Source of the DNA: Rhina ancylostomus
Taxonomy: Eukaryota
Reading direction: 5' to 3'
NCBI GenBank assembly: GCA_030265395.1
Contig: JARFYF010000052.1
Coordinates: 89,188,290 to 89,252,289, forward strand
Length of the DNA: 64,000 nt
Below, in pieces: positions 27,745-41,269 of this stretch (positions within the stretch are counted from its first letter, which is position 1; the number at the start of each line of letters is the position of its first letter). Made by a program: the position numbers and the translations under genes. Under the pieces are notes generated by a model that was not told the origin of the DNA, did no database searches, and saw nothing but the letters and a program-made list of their open reading frames with translations.

Positions 27745-27832
27745 CTGTATGGTAGAATTTTCCAGAATATCCAAGGTTGAAGGTAAAGTTGGGAACCTGG
27801 GTTCGCAATAGATTTTGAGTTTCAAGTAATGC
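27745..27832 (-). CDS. ndst3: NDST3/NDST4-like heparan sulfate N-deacetylase/N-sulfotransferase, internal coding exon (88 nt)
   Basis: Not in the ORF track. Manual minus-strand translation gives [29 protein letters not shown]+G. Acceptor ttttttag and donor gtgaga flank it. The peptide matches the NDST family; NDST3 versus NDST4 is uncertain. Confidence 0.95.
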
Positions 27833-28539
27833 CTAAAAAAGACAAATTGCAACATGATTGCTGGAGGATATGGTCTTTTAATATGATATATCTGAATATA
27901 ATGCTAAAAGTGACTGTCACATTCATTTTACACTCTCGCCAATGGATAAAAGAACAGTGAACAGCAATTTATATTTTTAGTTCAGGCTAATGAAGGTCAC
28001 ATGACACCACAATCTTTATATTTCGTCTTAGAAGTACTCATTAAAATAGCAAGCTCCAAAAGCAAAAAAACCATAAATATATAACTTGGTTTGAACAGGG
28101 AATCTTCTACAATAAGATGACATTCCAGTTGATTGATTGACAGGGTCTGACCTGAATTAATGCAGAGTATATCGGTAAAAGATGAAAGCAAAGACAATTG
28201 TGATAGTTTAGTGTAAACTGTATATCTACAGCACTAGAAAAGCCCATATTTTCAACCGATCATCACATAATTTTCTGACAGTAAATAGGTGGTTAGCAGT
28301 GGAAAATGGATTAATGACTTTGTAACATCAATTCTCAATCCCATGTAATTTCACACATTTGGAATAATCATCTCTCTACTTCTATCTAAATACATGTAAA
28401 TGAGGTGGTGATGTGATATTACAGTATCTCCTTCCTACCTCTCTTGCACTGACTTACATTCAGAACTCTGACGTTTGCATCCATTGTTCCATGAAAATGT
28501 AAAGAGAATTTAGATATATATCTCCTTCCACTTCCCTTT

Positions 28540-28990
28540 CAGCATTTTGAAGGAAAACTCTCTTCCCAACTCCCTGATCCACTCTTCCAACTCAACCAAC
28601 CACTTCATTTTTCAATGACCTTCCCATGCATTTGGTAGAGACCAATTACCAATCCTTTCATTTCTTCTCTTCCCAGGGGCCTGAACAGTCTTTCCACATG
28701 AAGCAGTAATTCAACTGTAGTCCTTCCCATCTAATGTATTACATTTGATGCTCACAAGAGGTCTCCTCTATAATGGAGAAAACAAACACATATTGAGGAT
28801 GACCATTTTGCGGACCATTTGTGTTTTATCTTCAGGGAGATCCTGAACTTCCTGTTGTCTGCCTTTTTAATTTGCTATCCCACTCCCACTCTTACCTATC
28901 CGTTTGTGGCTTCTTGCAATATAATAATGAGGTCTAATGCAAGCTTGAGGAACTACATCTCATCTACTGGTTGGGCAACCAGAATCAATA
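28540..28990 (+). mobile_element. Penelope-like GIY-YIG fragment (decayed)
   Basis: ctaatgtattacatttgatgctcacaagaggtctcctctataatggagaaaacaaacac...gaccattttgcggaccat parallels the element at ~4780-4870; also aagcttgaggaactacatctcatct. Confidence 0.65.
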
Positions 28991-29090
28991 NNNNNNNNNN
29001 NNNNNNNNNNNNNNNNNNNNNNNNNNNNNNNNNNNNNNNNNNNNNNNNNNNNNNNNNNNNNNNNNNNNNNNNNNNNNNNNNNNNNNNNNN

Positions 29091-29585
29091 CTCCAATGAA
29101 GGTAGCATCCTTGTAAATCTACTCTGCACCCTCTCCAAAGCTTCCACATCCTTCCTATAATGTGGCGACCATAAATGAATACAATCCTCCGGCTAATGAA
29201 AGACAGCACACCGTGCTTCGACCCCAAGATCTCTCTGTTCCTCCACACTACTAAGAATCCTGCCATTAACCATGTACTCTGCCTTCAAGATCATTCTTCC
29301 AAAGTGTATCACTTCACACTTCTCTGGATTGAACTCCATCTGCCACTTTTCTGCCCAGTTCTGAATCCTGTCTAAATCCCGTTGCAACCTACAACATCCT
29401 TCTTCATGANNNNNNNNNNACTGCACCACCAACCTTCATGTCATCTGCAAACTTACTAACCCATCCTTCCACTCCATCATCCAAATCATTTATCAACAAA
29501 AACTCACAAAGGGCAGGGGTCCCAGAACAGATCCCTGCAGAACACCACAGGTTACTGACCTCCAGATCAAATACTCCCCTTCTAC
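29091..29585 (-). mobile_element. CR1 LINE RT fragment
   Basis: LQRDLDRIQNWAEKWQMEFNPEKCEVIHFG and MEALERVQSRFTRMLP; the + strand gtcatctgcaaact reads KFADD on the minus strand. Confidence 0.9.
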
Positions 29586-29784
29586 AAAGGGCAGCACATC
29601 GCTAATGATATAATGTTGAAGCATTACATTACTACTTATATATAGACATTATAAGCTTAATATAGCTGTTGGTTGCGATAATGTCTGAGTGTAAACACTT
29701 TACCAGTAAATGTATATCAGTGAATTACCATTATGAGAGAGGAGCTTCCTGCAGCCTGCCACTTTAGTAGCCATTCCAAGTAAC

Positions 29785-30620
29785 ACAAAAATCAGATAAA
29801 CGCTGGAAACACTCAGGAGGTCAGGCAGCATCTGTGGACAGAGAAGCAGTTCATGCTCCAGGTTGAAGTCTCTTCATCAGACCTGAAATGTTAACTCTTG
29901 AACTGTTTCTTCTTCCACCATTAACATTAAGGGTTCAGAAGCTCTGGTCAGAATTGACAAAGTGACCCAGACCCAAAAGACGAACTGTTTCTCCTTCCAC
30001 AGATGCTGCCTGACCTGCAGAGTTTTTCTAGTATTTTCTGGTTTTGTTTCATATTTCCAGCATCTGCAGTGTTTTTTTTTTATATGTTCACCCACTCTGA
30101 CCCCCTGCACAGTGGTAACAAGGCCCAATGTAAGTTTGAGGAACAGCAACTCCTCGACCAGATTCAATATCAAATTCCACAACTTCTGTTAACTCGCTTT
30201 TTCTGTTTGTATCAGAACTGATCAGTTCTGCTGCAGGTCAGCCATCTGTGGTATTGGCTCAGTCTTTCTCTCTCCATCTGTCTGGCCTGACCACAATGGC
30301 TTCAACTCTTCAATTCGCACCTTTATATTTCTTTGTTTCTGTTCCGCCTCCCTAAAAACCCCCTTGAGTCCATCAGGCAGATGACCTTGTTTGCTGCTTA
30401 TCCCAAGTGCAACCCTGGCTTCGCCCTATCAGAGATACTCCCTTTATCCCATCCACCACCACCCCCCACCCCCCCACACACATACACACAACCAGTTACT
30501 ATTTTCCCTGCTCTTACAGTTCTGAAGAAGTCTTCAAACTGAAATGTTAACTCTGTTTCTTTCTACAGAAATTGCCTGACCTGCTGAGTGTTTTCTGCAT
30601 TTCCTGTTTTTATTTGAGAA
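29785..30620. mobile_element. Cluster of Penelope-type terminal repeats, including an inverted pair and hammerhead-like motifs
   Basis: 29803-29851 is an inverted copy of 29983-30031. aagtttgaggaacagcaactc at ~30130. A third copy lies at 30515-30620. Confidence 0.65.
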
Positions 30621-31765
30621 TTTAAAGGGCCTAAGTTTCATTGTCTACAATTTATGTTCCAGTCAATTGGAATTTGGATCAGTGTCTACTATTCCCTCCT
30701 TAGTGCCCACTGGGAGATATATTCAATCATTGTTTCTCAGAAGAAAGGGGAGAGCAAAAGAGGGCTGGTCAGGTTTTGAAGCTTTGTTAAATGCATGGCA
30801 TGCCACATTATACCCATGAAGGCTTTGAAGCATTTGATTAAGGAGCAGAAGGTGTAAAACCTTTACACCACTGCACGTGACTTAATCATGTTGCTAAACC
30901 AAACCTGGTAGACATAAACAACCTTTCCTGATAATTCCATTTCCTTGCTATTGAAGGTAGGAGCCAGTGCTTTTACTCACTGCTGTTGCAGACTCCTTCA
31001 GGGTGAAACACCTCTTTCCCTTGCCTACTTCACCCTTTCACATCACCTTGATAACTCCAGCTATGACTCAGTTGTCTGAGGGGTGTACACTGAACATTAA
31101 ATCTGACACTTTATGGAACAGCAGGTACACATCCTTAGGTTATTGAGTGACTGGGCATGTGCACCCATAAGCTCTACAACTCACATAGCGATACATTGGG
31201 GTGGGGCTGAGAACCTATGTCCTTGCTTGCTTTCCCCTTGAACATTTCCATTATGATTCTATACTTGAATGAGTACTTGCTGCAAAAATCTCCAAGGCTG
31301 TGGGCCAAGAGCTGGCAAGTGGGATTTTCCAAATTGCTCACTGTTTTGCTGAAGTCACACAAGNNNNNNNNNNNNNNNNNNNNNNNNNNNNNNNNNNNNN
31401 NNNNNNNNNNNNNNNNNNNNNNNNNNNNNNNNNNNNNNNNNNNNNNNNNNNNNNNNNNNNNNNNNNNNNNNNNNNNNNNNNNNNNNNNNNNNNNNNNNNN
31501 NNNNNNNNNNNNNNNNNNNNNNNNNNNNNNNNNNCTTATTTTGTCAGAAACCTTGTTATGATACTCTAAAGCTATGCATTTGTGTAACTTACACAGTTCA
31601 AAGGATGCATCCCTTTAAAACCTGCACAGGAGTGCTTGTTTGCACCCTTAGTGTTCAAGCTGCCAATCAGTAGCATCCTTGACCTCTCATGTGTGCAGTT
31701 TCTTAAGTTAGGCAAATCCCAGGTACAGAAGAAAAAGTTTACACGTATCCAATCCTTTCACAATC

Positions 31766-31990
31766 TTGAACTATCTCATTCACAATCCAGCTGGTTATGA
31801 CCTTGCATCTTATTGTCCACCTGCACTGCACTTTCTCTGCAGCTGTGACACTTTACTCTGCATTCTGTATTGTTTTATCTTGTACTACCTCAATGCACTG
31901 TGTAATGAACTAATCTGTATGAACGGTATGCAAGACAAGTTTTTCACTGTACCTCGGTACAAGTGACAATAATAAACCAATCCAATTCCT
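31766..31990 (+). mobile_element. Short retro-element or LINE 3' UTR fragment
   Basis: Ends acaagtgacaataataaaccaattccaattcc. Homologous to the split copy at 18360/19750 and the reverse copy at 37820-37923. Confidence 0.65.
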
Positions 31991-32744
31991 CGAAGGACTT
32001 TAGAGTAAGTTAAAAGCTTTTGCAGTATAATCATTGTAGTAGGAANNNNNNNNNNTTAGCAGCTAATTTCAACACAAAGGCTCCGACAAATACAAATGAG
32101 ATAATTTCCCCTCAGTTGCTTCTGCTGAATGTGCAACATAATAGCAAGCATACATTGCACTCCTTTTCCAATATTTAGTTCTACTGAACTCAATGAACAC
32201 ATTTCTGCCCTAATCAAATATAATAATGTTACTTATGTATGAATATTGGCCAAGGCATTAGGAAGAACACATGCATCTTTCATTGAATAAGCTAATGGGG
32301 TCAGGGAGGGCAAGAACTGCCTCAGTTTAACATTCTATTTGAAAGACAGCACTCCACATATGGTTGAGTTGGCTCATTTCATGTGAGGCAAATATGAAAT
32401 GAAAAGATCATTTTTAGAAAAAAATCTGTGCAAACATCTGAAGCTGATCACTGCACCACCAAGGTGCCTAAATTTACATATAACTCAAAAATATGTATTT
32501 GTTTATTCCTTAGTTTAATTTGAACAGGTGTAGACAATTACAGAAATGTTAACCTGCATTTGCTCTTTTTGCTGCAACCCTGCATTTTTTGCATGCACCA
32601 TTGGAGGAGGTACCAAGCTGAAACGGTTAGAATATCCCAAAAAATTAAATAACACTGGCAGGAAAGCATGATCACCTGGCCAGCAACTTCTTAGCAAGGT
32701 CCTAGAACAGGTGTTAGATCATTCATATTAAAATATGCCAGAGC

Positions 32745-33050
32745 ATACTGTGGCACAGCAGGAAGTGCTGACGTCTGACAACTCCAGCGAGCCTGATGCT
32801 GTCTCTGCGGAGTTTATATGTTCTCTCTGTGAATGTGTGGGTTTCCGCCAGCTGTTCCAGCTCCCTTCTGCGTACCAGAAACATGCTGGCTGTACTTGGA
32901 TATTGTAAATGGGTGGTAGGAGAATCAAAGGAGAGCTGATAGGCATGTGGGGGAGAATATGTTGTAGGGGAAATGGGGCCAATGAGAATGCTGTGAGAGC
33001 CAACATAAACTTTATGTGCAGAATGGCCTTCTTCTACATTGTATGAAAAT
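32745..33050 (+). mobile_element. Old V-SINE-like SINE
   Basis: gtctctgcggagtttatatgttctctctgtgaatgtgtgggtttccgccagctgttccagctccc core. Confidence 0.6.
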
Positions 33051-35104
33051 GGTAAGTATGAGAATATGAGCCCTAATCTTTGCTTTAAGCAGCTGCTTCC
33101 AGGCAGGTAGCATTTGATTTTAGCATGATGAGACATTGGCCAATTTTCCAAATGCTCTTGGAGCAGTTTTCTTGTTTGACATTGGCCAATAACGATCAAT
33201 TTCAGTCATTGTTAGAATAATGAAAATAAGAAGTACTCTATAATTTCTGCAGTTGTCAAAGTATAATATCCAATAATATAAGTCCACATTATTAATATCA
33301 TCTCATGGGCAGTTCAACATTCAAGAATGGCCATAAACTTAAAGCATATATAATGAAATAAGGCCAAAAAACTGAAAAAATCTAACAATAACTGTTTTGA
33401 TTCATAATGCTGCCAGCCATATCATAAACATATAATTGGCCAGTTATCTTCAACATCAGATTCTATTTATGCTATGTCAAAACAGCCTGCTAAATTGTTA
33501 ATGTGCCTCAAGAAAAGTGCCGACTAAATTATCAAATTGAAATGAAATGGGATAATGTATCAAATGAGCTTTCATGAACGCTAGCTCTACACAGCTTGAG
33601 ACTCATAAATTGACGCCATTAAATAGCATTACCTTCTCCATTTGCGTGTGTTTACATAAAAGAAACATGTGCAAAGCCATTTTTGTTATCCGTGGAGCAA
33701 AACTCATGTCAACCTTACACTTTGTATGTATGAGGACAAAGGAAACAGCATTTCAAAATTGGAATTACTATGCAAATTGGATGCAGCTGTAGCAAATACA
33801 ACCTAAAAAAACCCTTACAATCCATTCATAAAGATTGTATCTACTCAATTTTAGACAGCTTTACACATTATACTTTTTTACTTTGGTCGAAATGCTTCAA
33901 TAATCTTCATGTCATTTGGTAGGAACAACTAACATCAATAACTGATATCTAGGATAATCTCACACATTTATATTATCTGGTATGTTATTTATTTTAACCT
34001 GTTTCACATACTTGAGTATTTTTGATGGTATTTCACTAAGAGTCTTAGGTAAAAGGCTCTTGATTCAACATGCAAGTCACCATTAAGATTAGAAATAGTG
34101 GAATCTGGAAGTAGTGTTTCAACAATACCAAAGACTGTGGGAGAATGGCGCCAAAGACTTGGAAAGTTCTGAAATTCAAGAAAAGGTTGGATTAAGGAAA
34201 CCCAGTGGTGCATGAACTATTCATTATAATGAAAGTAAGAAGAGAAATTGCTTGTTATATGGCACGTTTGAAAACAAAAGAAATAAAGGATCAAAGTTCA
34301 AAAAGGGCACTGACCATTGCAACGTATCTTAATGGGGAACCAGGACATAACACAGGAAATCAGGCTTTCTAGAAACACATTTGACACTGCAGGAATTATC
34401 TATGTACACAAATTACAAGTTTTAGATTGAAGAAGCACTGGCTTGCAAGATGCATCTTCGTACGCTGTCCAGAGATACAAGAGTATTATCTTGAAACATC
34501 AGCCGGATATGCATTTTCCACAATGTAATAATGTGCGGTTATTTTAATTCAGAGTTCCTTGCAGAATCTGCTATTGCACTTAACAACTAATTGTAAATAA
34601 GTAAATTATGGAACTAACCTAACAGTGAATTTTTTGAGTCAATTTGGTGCATTACTGTTGTTATTAGATGACGAATGCTTCCGATTCCATGCTTTTATGT
34701 AAATACAGCAATCCTGATTATTGTAATACAGTCATGCCCATTGGTGACAACCACTGCTGATCTCACAGAGCCAAGAACAAGCCACCTAATTAGCATGCCA
34801 GGGGTTGTACCCACGCCATCAGAAATACACTTGGCCACACTTTCCTCAGTTCATGCCAACATCAAGAAGCTAGTGTTCTGTTATTAATTTACTAGCTTAT
34901 GAGGACTGATAAACATAAATCAAATGCCTGCCTTTTTTGAAATACCCAGTTGAATGACACTGCCAGCTGCTGAGCCAGTTCTCACAAGATGCTTTCTCCT
35001 CAAAGGAACAGAGAGTTCCCCTTTTCAGTTTGAGCCACTTGAACCTCTACCATTTGGATAATGCCAGAGAAGGACCTCTTATAAGGCCTGCAGGAACTCC
35101 AATA

Positions 35105-35465
35105 CTGCGGTGCAGCTAGTAGTACTGTTGCCTTACAGTTCCAGGGACCCAGATTCAATCCTGAGCTCCTGAACTGTGTGCATGGAATGTGCACCTTCTC
35201 CCTGTGACCACATCTGCTTCCTCTGGATGGTCCAGTTTTCTCCAACCTCCCAAAGACCTGTGGGTTGATAGATTAATTGGCTACTGTAAATTGGCCTTGG
35301 CATGCAGATGAATGGTAGAATTTGATGGAATCTAGGGAGGGGGTGAGGTTGATGTGAATGTGCAGAAGATAAAATGGGTTTGGTAGGATTTGTGTAAAAA
35401 TGGGTGCTTGGTATTCGGCGTGGACCTTGTGGGCCAAAGGCCTGTTTCCAGGTTGTATGACTCTC
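35105..35465 (+). mobile_element. SINE with CR1-derived tail (HE1-like)
   Basis: agattcaatcctg B-box-like motif, V-domain core, and 3' end gtgggccaaaggcctgtttccaggttgtatgactct matching the CR1 3' tail. Confidence 0.7.
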
Positions 35466-37819
35466 TAATCTAAATCCTTGCTTAGTTTCTGGGTTTTGGC
35501 ATATTCACATTGGAGTTTTGAGAAGAGGGCAGCAGAAGAACAATAAATTCTTGGCTTCTTGCCTGAGAGTACATCTCCCCATAAGAAATACTCACAATAA
35601 ATATGCTTCATACATCTCACAGAATGAGCTCTTTTTAATTGCAAGTTTATGGAGAGTTGCTATATTCCGTATTAAAGGTTACCCTCTTTATTGAAGATTC
35701 CTTTATAAAATAACATTAAAAAAANNNNNNNNNNNNNNNNNNNNNNNNNNNNNNNNNNNNNNNNNNNNNNNNNNNNNNNNNNNNNNNNNNNNNNNNNNNN
35801 NNNNNNNNNNNNNNNNNNNNNNNNATAACATTAAAAAAACCTCCTTAAGCTGAGTTCCTATTTTACTCTCTCTATGGCCCTCCTGGGATCTGATGACTCC
35901 TTAGGACTGGTGTACTTTGAATTTTGGGTAAGCTGTTACTTTGCATGGAGGGTGATATTTGCTTCTGCCTCTCATTGTGTTGTGTTTGTAGTTATGATAT
36001 TTTACTGGTTACAGTAAAGTTTGCAAGTTGTGGTGATTATGAATCAGGAAGGACCAAGCCTGCTGTCCAGAATCATCGCCTGTGATTCCTGCACACCCAT
36101 CCTTCCCTGGCTGGGTACAGATGGCCTGCCTTGCTGGCCCTCCACAACCTTGAGTCTAGCAATGAGGTCCAATCAATTGAATTGGCTTCAGATCATGATG
36201 AGGAGGTCCTGTCCCTTAGTGTCCCTGACAGCTGGCAAAGTGCCATCCACTTCTGTCAAAGCTGTCATTGATTTTTAATAGTTTTTTGTCTCTGACATTC
36301 AGAGACTGTAATAACTAACAATAACATAAACAGTTAATTTCAAATAAAAATAAATTAAAAAAAGCAGTGAGAAATAATCAAAAATATTGAACTAAATCAA
36401 TATATATAATTTTTTTTTAAAGTTGTCTTTTTGCCTCCTAACCAAAATGCCAACAAACACCATTAGAATTAAAGGTGAGTTGGATCCTGTATGAGAACAA
36501 GATGGGCCCCACCCAAGGTCACCACTTGGAATGCAGCAATGGAGCATAGGGATAGATGTGGCTTTCTGAATCTGTCAGTAAGTCCTGGAAACACACCACA
36601 TGTGCTCACATCCCAGATTTACATCAGTATGAACAGCAGATGCAGGTGATTCCATTCCGAACTGCTTGTCACAGCTAGCATGATTTGCCCTAATGGATTT
36701 TGCAATGCTTATTATACATATTGCTGTTATTCCTTTATTCATCAAACATTTCATGAATATTTAAATGTTAGGTCCCATTGTAATATAATTGGAATAATGG
36801 ACAGCATGACTACAACAAAATAAAAACCAAACTGTAGAGAACTAATATCCCTTCTCTACAAATCAATACAAAATTACCATCAGCAGTGATATTAAAATTT
36901 ATACATGAACATTTTTAAACATATTTTCAAAAACCAATAGAGAAGGAAAGAAAATCCATCTGGGGCTTCTAATTATATGCCAGTGATTTCTTAGAACTGC
37001 TCTTCTGCATTAATTAGATGATTTAATCCCTATGGTACAGCTTGGTTTATGTTTCACAGTTTTGCAGCTTTCTTGCTCAAAGACCTGATTTAAGATTCTG
37101 TAAATGAGTCATGATGCTTATAATTTGAAATTCAAACCTTGTGGCTATCTGATCTGGAGATTAACGATTACCCCAATTGCAGTAGCATGACAGAATTGCA
37201 TAAATCCTCTCACTATCCTACATCACTCACTCCAAACAGGTGAAATATGATTTGACAGGACAAGCACTAATCAATTTTTTTTGGACAAAATCAGATGCAA
37301 ATATAATATATAGGTTTTGGACCTTTGTGTGATGAGAGTGAACATCATGAAATTGGGTGCAGCAATCAATGTACGACCTGCATAAGTTTTTCCATCCATC
37401 CATTCTCTTCAATTGCTTGAAAAGCTCAGCGTGACACAAACTGAGCTCCAATTGTGTACACTAATACCATGCTCAGAAACCCCAAATTGTCAGATAATCT
37501 TCAAGCCTTCCTAGCCAGCACTTATAACATAAGGCCCCTTGCATTTGTAAGAAAGGAGTTTAAACACCTTTTGTAGTACCTCTCGATAAATAGGTCCTGA
37601 CATACACCAATTTAGATCTTTTCAGGCAATGTGGCTGTCATTTTTGGAGAAAGCCAACATCAAATATGTGAACTTCAGGATTTTAAAAATAAGCACTATC
37701 TGGAGGAGTAGCATTCCTATCTGCTGCTGCTGCATGGTATCAGTCTTCTCTGACGGCACTGCCATGCAGCATTAAATTTGATAATGTAGAAATGAAATTA
37801 CTCCCAGAACAGCAGGGTA

Positions 37820-37923
37820 TTGGTATTAGTTTATTATTGTCACTTCTACCAAGGTACAGTGAAAAACTTATCTTGCATACCGATCATACAGGTCAATTCA
37901 TTACACAGTGCAGTTACATTGAG
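37820..37923 (-). mobile_element. Reverse copy of the 31766-31990 repeat family
   Basis: tttattattgtcacttctaccaaggtacagtgaaaaactt is the reverse complement of the 31940-31980 motif. Confidence 0.65.
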
Positions 37924-39619
37924 NNNNNNNNNNNNNNNNNNNNNNNNNNNNNNNNNNNNNNNNNNNNNNNNNNNNNNNNNNNNNNNNNNNNNNNNNNNNN
38001 NNNNNNNNNNNNNNNNNNNNNNNGGTGGGTGGGGTCAAGACTACTTAGGTGCTTATGTTACAAGATGGCACATTAGAGTTAATTTTCTGACTTCATATCA
38101 AACTGGTTCATGAGGTATGCATATTGGAAACTCAGAAAATTAACAATTATTGAACGATCAACTATATACATCTGATATCTAGAACAGGCTCCCCAAACCA
38201 AAAGTTTTCAGGCACAGCAGAGTCAAAGAAACACGCCAAAATAAAAGGGAGCAGAGTTTACTCAGAGGTAAGGTACAAGTGTTAAAAGCCTCTGTCACTA
38301 TTTTGGAGATTGCTGAACTTTTAAAAAATTGGAAAGATCATTCAGCACATGAATGTAATTTTATCTAGTGTCCCTGGATGGTTAACATTACTTGCATTTC
38401 AATTTCACACCATGTGTTGATTCCCTATTTTGGCAGGTTTCTTCCTTTATTTCCATGGATAGAGAGTCAGTTGTCCTGATTTTCTGCCGGACTGCCATGA
38501 ATGTGGTGGGAGATTAACACAGCACTGGGAAAAAGGCATAAATAGCTAAAATGGAAAAATGACAGATAGCTAAAATGGTGAACTTTACCATATATCTTGG
38601 GGTTTAACCAATATCCCAAAGTCATGGAAATGTATGACCAGTTTTTATTGTATTTATGCATCTTAGTTATAAAATATCAAGTCAACCATCCATATAATAA
38701 ACTAGCTGAGCAAATTTGCAAAACTGCATCATCTCAGCCTGCAACAATCTGCCTCAGCTGAAATGTCTGTTTCATGTAGGTGAAATGCACAACTATTATT
38801 TTAGTGATCCTTAAATATTTAATGTACTGGAGAAAGATAAGATGCAATAGAAAAAAGTGCCAAAGATTCTAGATGATGTTGAAGGGTATAGCATGGGTCA
38901 GTCTCTTGGTATCCACTGTGCAGACCAGGCAATAGGCAAAGAATGCTCCAAGTTGTAATTTTGTTTTAGCTAGAAGGTTGTCACAGAGCAAATCCATCTG
39001 CAATTGCACACAAGCAAACTTAGTGTTCAGGCAGCAATTACAGAACAGGCATAATAACAGTAGGTATCATCAAATTATAATCAACTCAGCAAGATGCTGC
39101 CCTTTAACATTCATTGCAGGGAATTAAGTAGAGTTTACTGCACAGAGGCAAGTCATGAAACAGGATGTAGTGCTGAGCATCCCAATCGTCACCAGATTTA
39201 TTATGCTGGAATGTGGGTTTCTTTTCCTTGCATTTTTTGCAATATTTGTTAGCTGCCTCTCCCTTTAATCTTGGAAGAGATTGCAAATGGATTGCAAATC
39301 CATACTTGGTGCAGACATGCTAAGTGAATTCTGTGCATCAGGATCCATATCATAGTGCAACAATGTTGGGTCTTTACTAGCAACTGCCTTATGGAAGGGA
39401 AGCAACTCAGGTCTCAATACTTCCTTATCTCCTCACCCATGAGATACTACAAGCAGATTTGCATTTAAAGAGATGCTGTCCATTGTAGCACAACAGCAAC
39501 AACTGACATAATGGTTGCTATTTTGGAAAGAGTGCAAGGACTGGGGAGGAACTCAAGGGAATCTGGGCACATAGGGTAAGTACAGGAAAATGCAGTGAAA
39601 TAAAAGATCAATCATAATT

Positions 39620-39895
39620 GCACACATTTAAGGTGATGGGGGTAAGTTCAAAGGAGATATGTGGGGAAATTTTTTTTTTACACAGAGTGGTGGGTACCTG
39701 GAATGCTCTGCCTGGGGTGGTGGTGGAGGCAGATACAATTGAGGTGTTCAAGAAGCGGATGAATGTGAGGGAAATGTTAGGATATGAACATTGTGTAGGC
39801 AGAATGGATTAGTTTAGTTGGATATTTTATTACAAATGTAATTGGTTTGTCAGCTGAAGGGCCTGTTCCTGTGCTGTACTGTTCTATGTTCTATA
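39620..39895 (+). mobile_element. CR1 LINE 3' end
   Basis: RVVGTWNALPGVVVEADTIEVFK and tail gaagggcctgttcctgtgctgtactgttctatgttcta. Confidence 0.85.
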
Positions 39896-40317
39896 TAATC
39901 TTACTGAATAAGAGAGTAGTCACAAAGGTTGGATGGACTACTCTTGCTTCTATCTCCTTTGTTCTTATTGGTGAGGTTCCTGTTTCATGACAGTGTCCAA
40001 GTGGATCTGGTGTGAATTTTCAAATACTTCTCTGAGTTACTGCAAAACAGTCAGTAATTTAAACTAACAAGAGCATTGGTCCAAGACTCTTTTGCGAATA
40101 TGTCTGCCTGTAGAATCAGCTCCTCCTGATCATCCAAGTATCACAAAGCAAGCTCAGTTGTGACCGTCTCCTTGACCTGTTTGTCCACTAGTCGTGAGCA
40201 TCCAACCAACACTATTCACTTCTGCATGGCTCACGCATTTGTGTTGGCTATGAAGGAATTAATAAATGAAAAACAGCAAAGTGGAATGAGTTAAGAGCAG
40301 TGGAAGTAGAAAAACCC

Positions 40318-40545
40318 AGTAGCATAGTTACTATGCTATTACAGCACAAGCGACCTGGGTTCAATTCCCACCACTGCCTGTAAGGAGATTGTACATTCTC
40401 CAGTGTTTGCATGGGTTTCCTCCAGGTGCTCCAGTTTCCTCCCACATTCCAAAGACACACGGGTAGGTTAATTTGGGGTTTAAAAATGGGCAGCACAGAC
40501 TCATTGGGCCTGTTACCATGCTGTAAATAAAATAAAACAAACAAA
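40318..40545 (+). mobile_element. tRNA-derived V-SINE-like SINE
   Basis: gggttcaattccc B-box, ggtttcctccaggtgctccagtttcctcccacattccaaagac core, A-rich tail. Confidence 0.8.
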
Positions 40546-41269
40546 TGACTTCGTTGTTGCCATGTGGAAGCTGCCACTTTCTGAGACTGTTCTTGCGACC
40601 ACCATATTATGAACATTCTTGCTCAGGGATGGCTGGATCAAAGCAACTGAAAGTGGACACAATGAGGCCCTAACTGATAATCTGCTAAACCAGAGAATGT
40701 TCTTTTGGAAGGTGTGAACTGTGGATTTATGTAAGGGTAGTTTGCGTCTGTGACAGAGGTAACCTGGGCACAGTGTTTGACTGAGCTGGCTGTAATTAGT
40801 TTGAATAGGCCTGAATTGGACAGAAACAAAAAGTGATCAAAGCAAGGGATGCCCTTATTTGGGAGAAGAGTTATGTGGTAATGCTGCCTGTAGCCTTGGG
40901 TCAGAGCCAATGAAAGGTTAACATAGGCTAATGAGATAAGCCAAAACCCATGGAACCAAGTAATAACAGTGCAGAACTGATAAGAAAAGGAGTGTAAGAA
41001 TAAGGATTTTTGATGTAAAGCAGCAAGAACTCCGGACTAACTATCACAGGGAAGACCCCCATGCCTGGGGCAGGGAGAAGGATCAATCATTTGGCCAATG
41101 GGAGATCCCAGATTTTGGTATTATGAGTTAGTTGGCTAAGGGTCAATATAATTGTGAATGCTGATACAAAAGATAATAGTAGTATTCAGGAACTTAAGTT
41201 ATTGACCAGGGGTCAACATTATTGTATCCACATAAATTAAGTGAGTTTTGTGTTGTAATTTACCTAACC

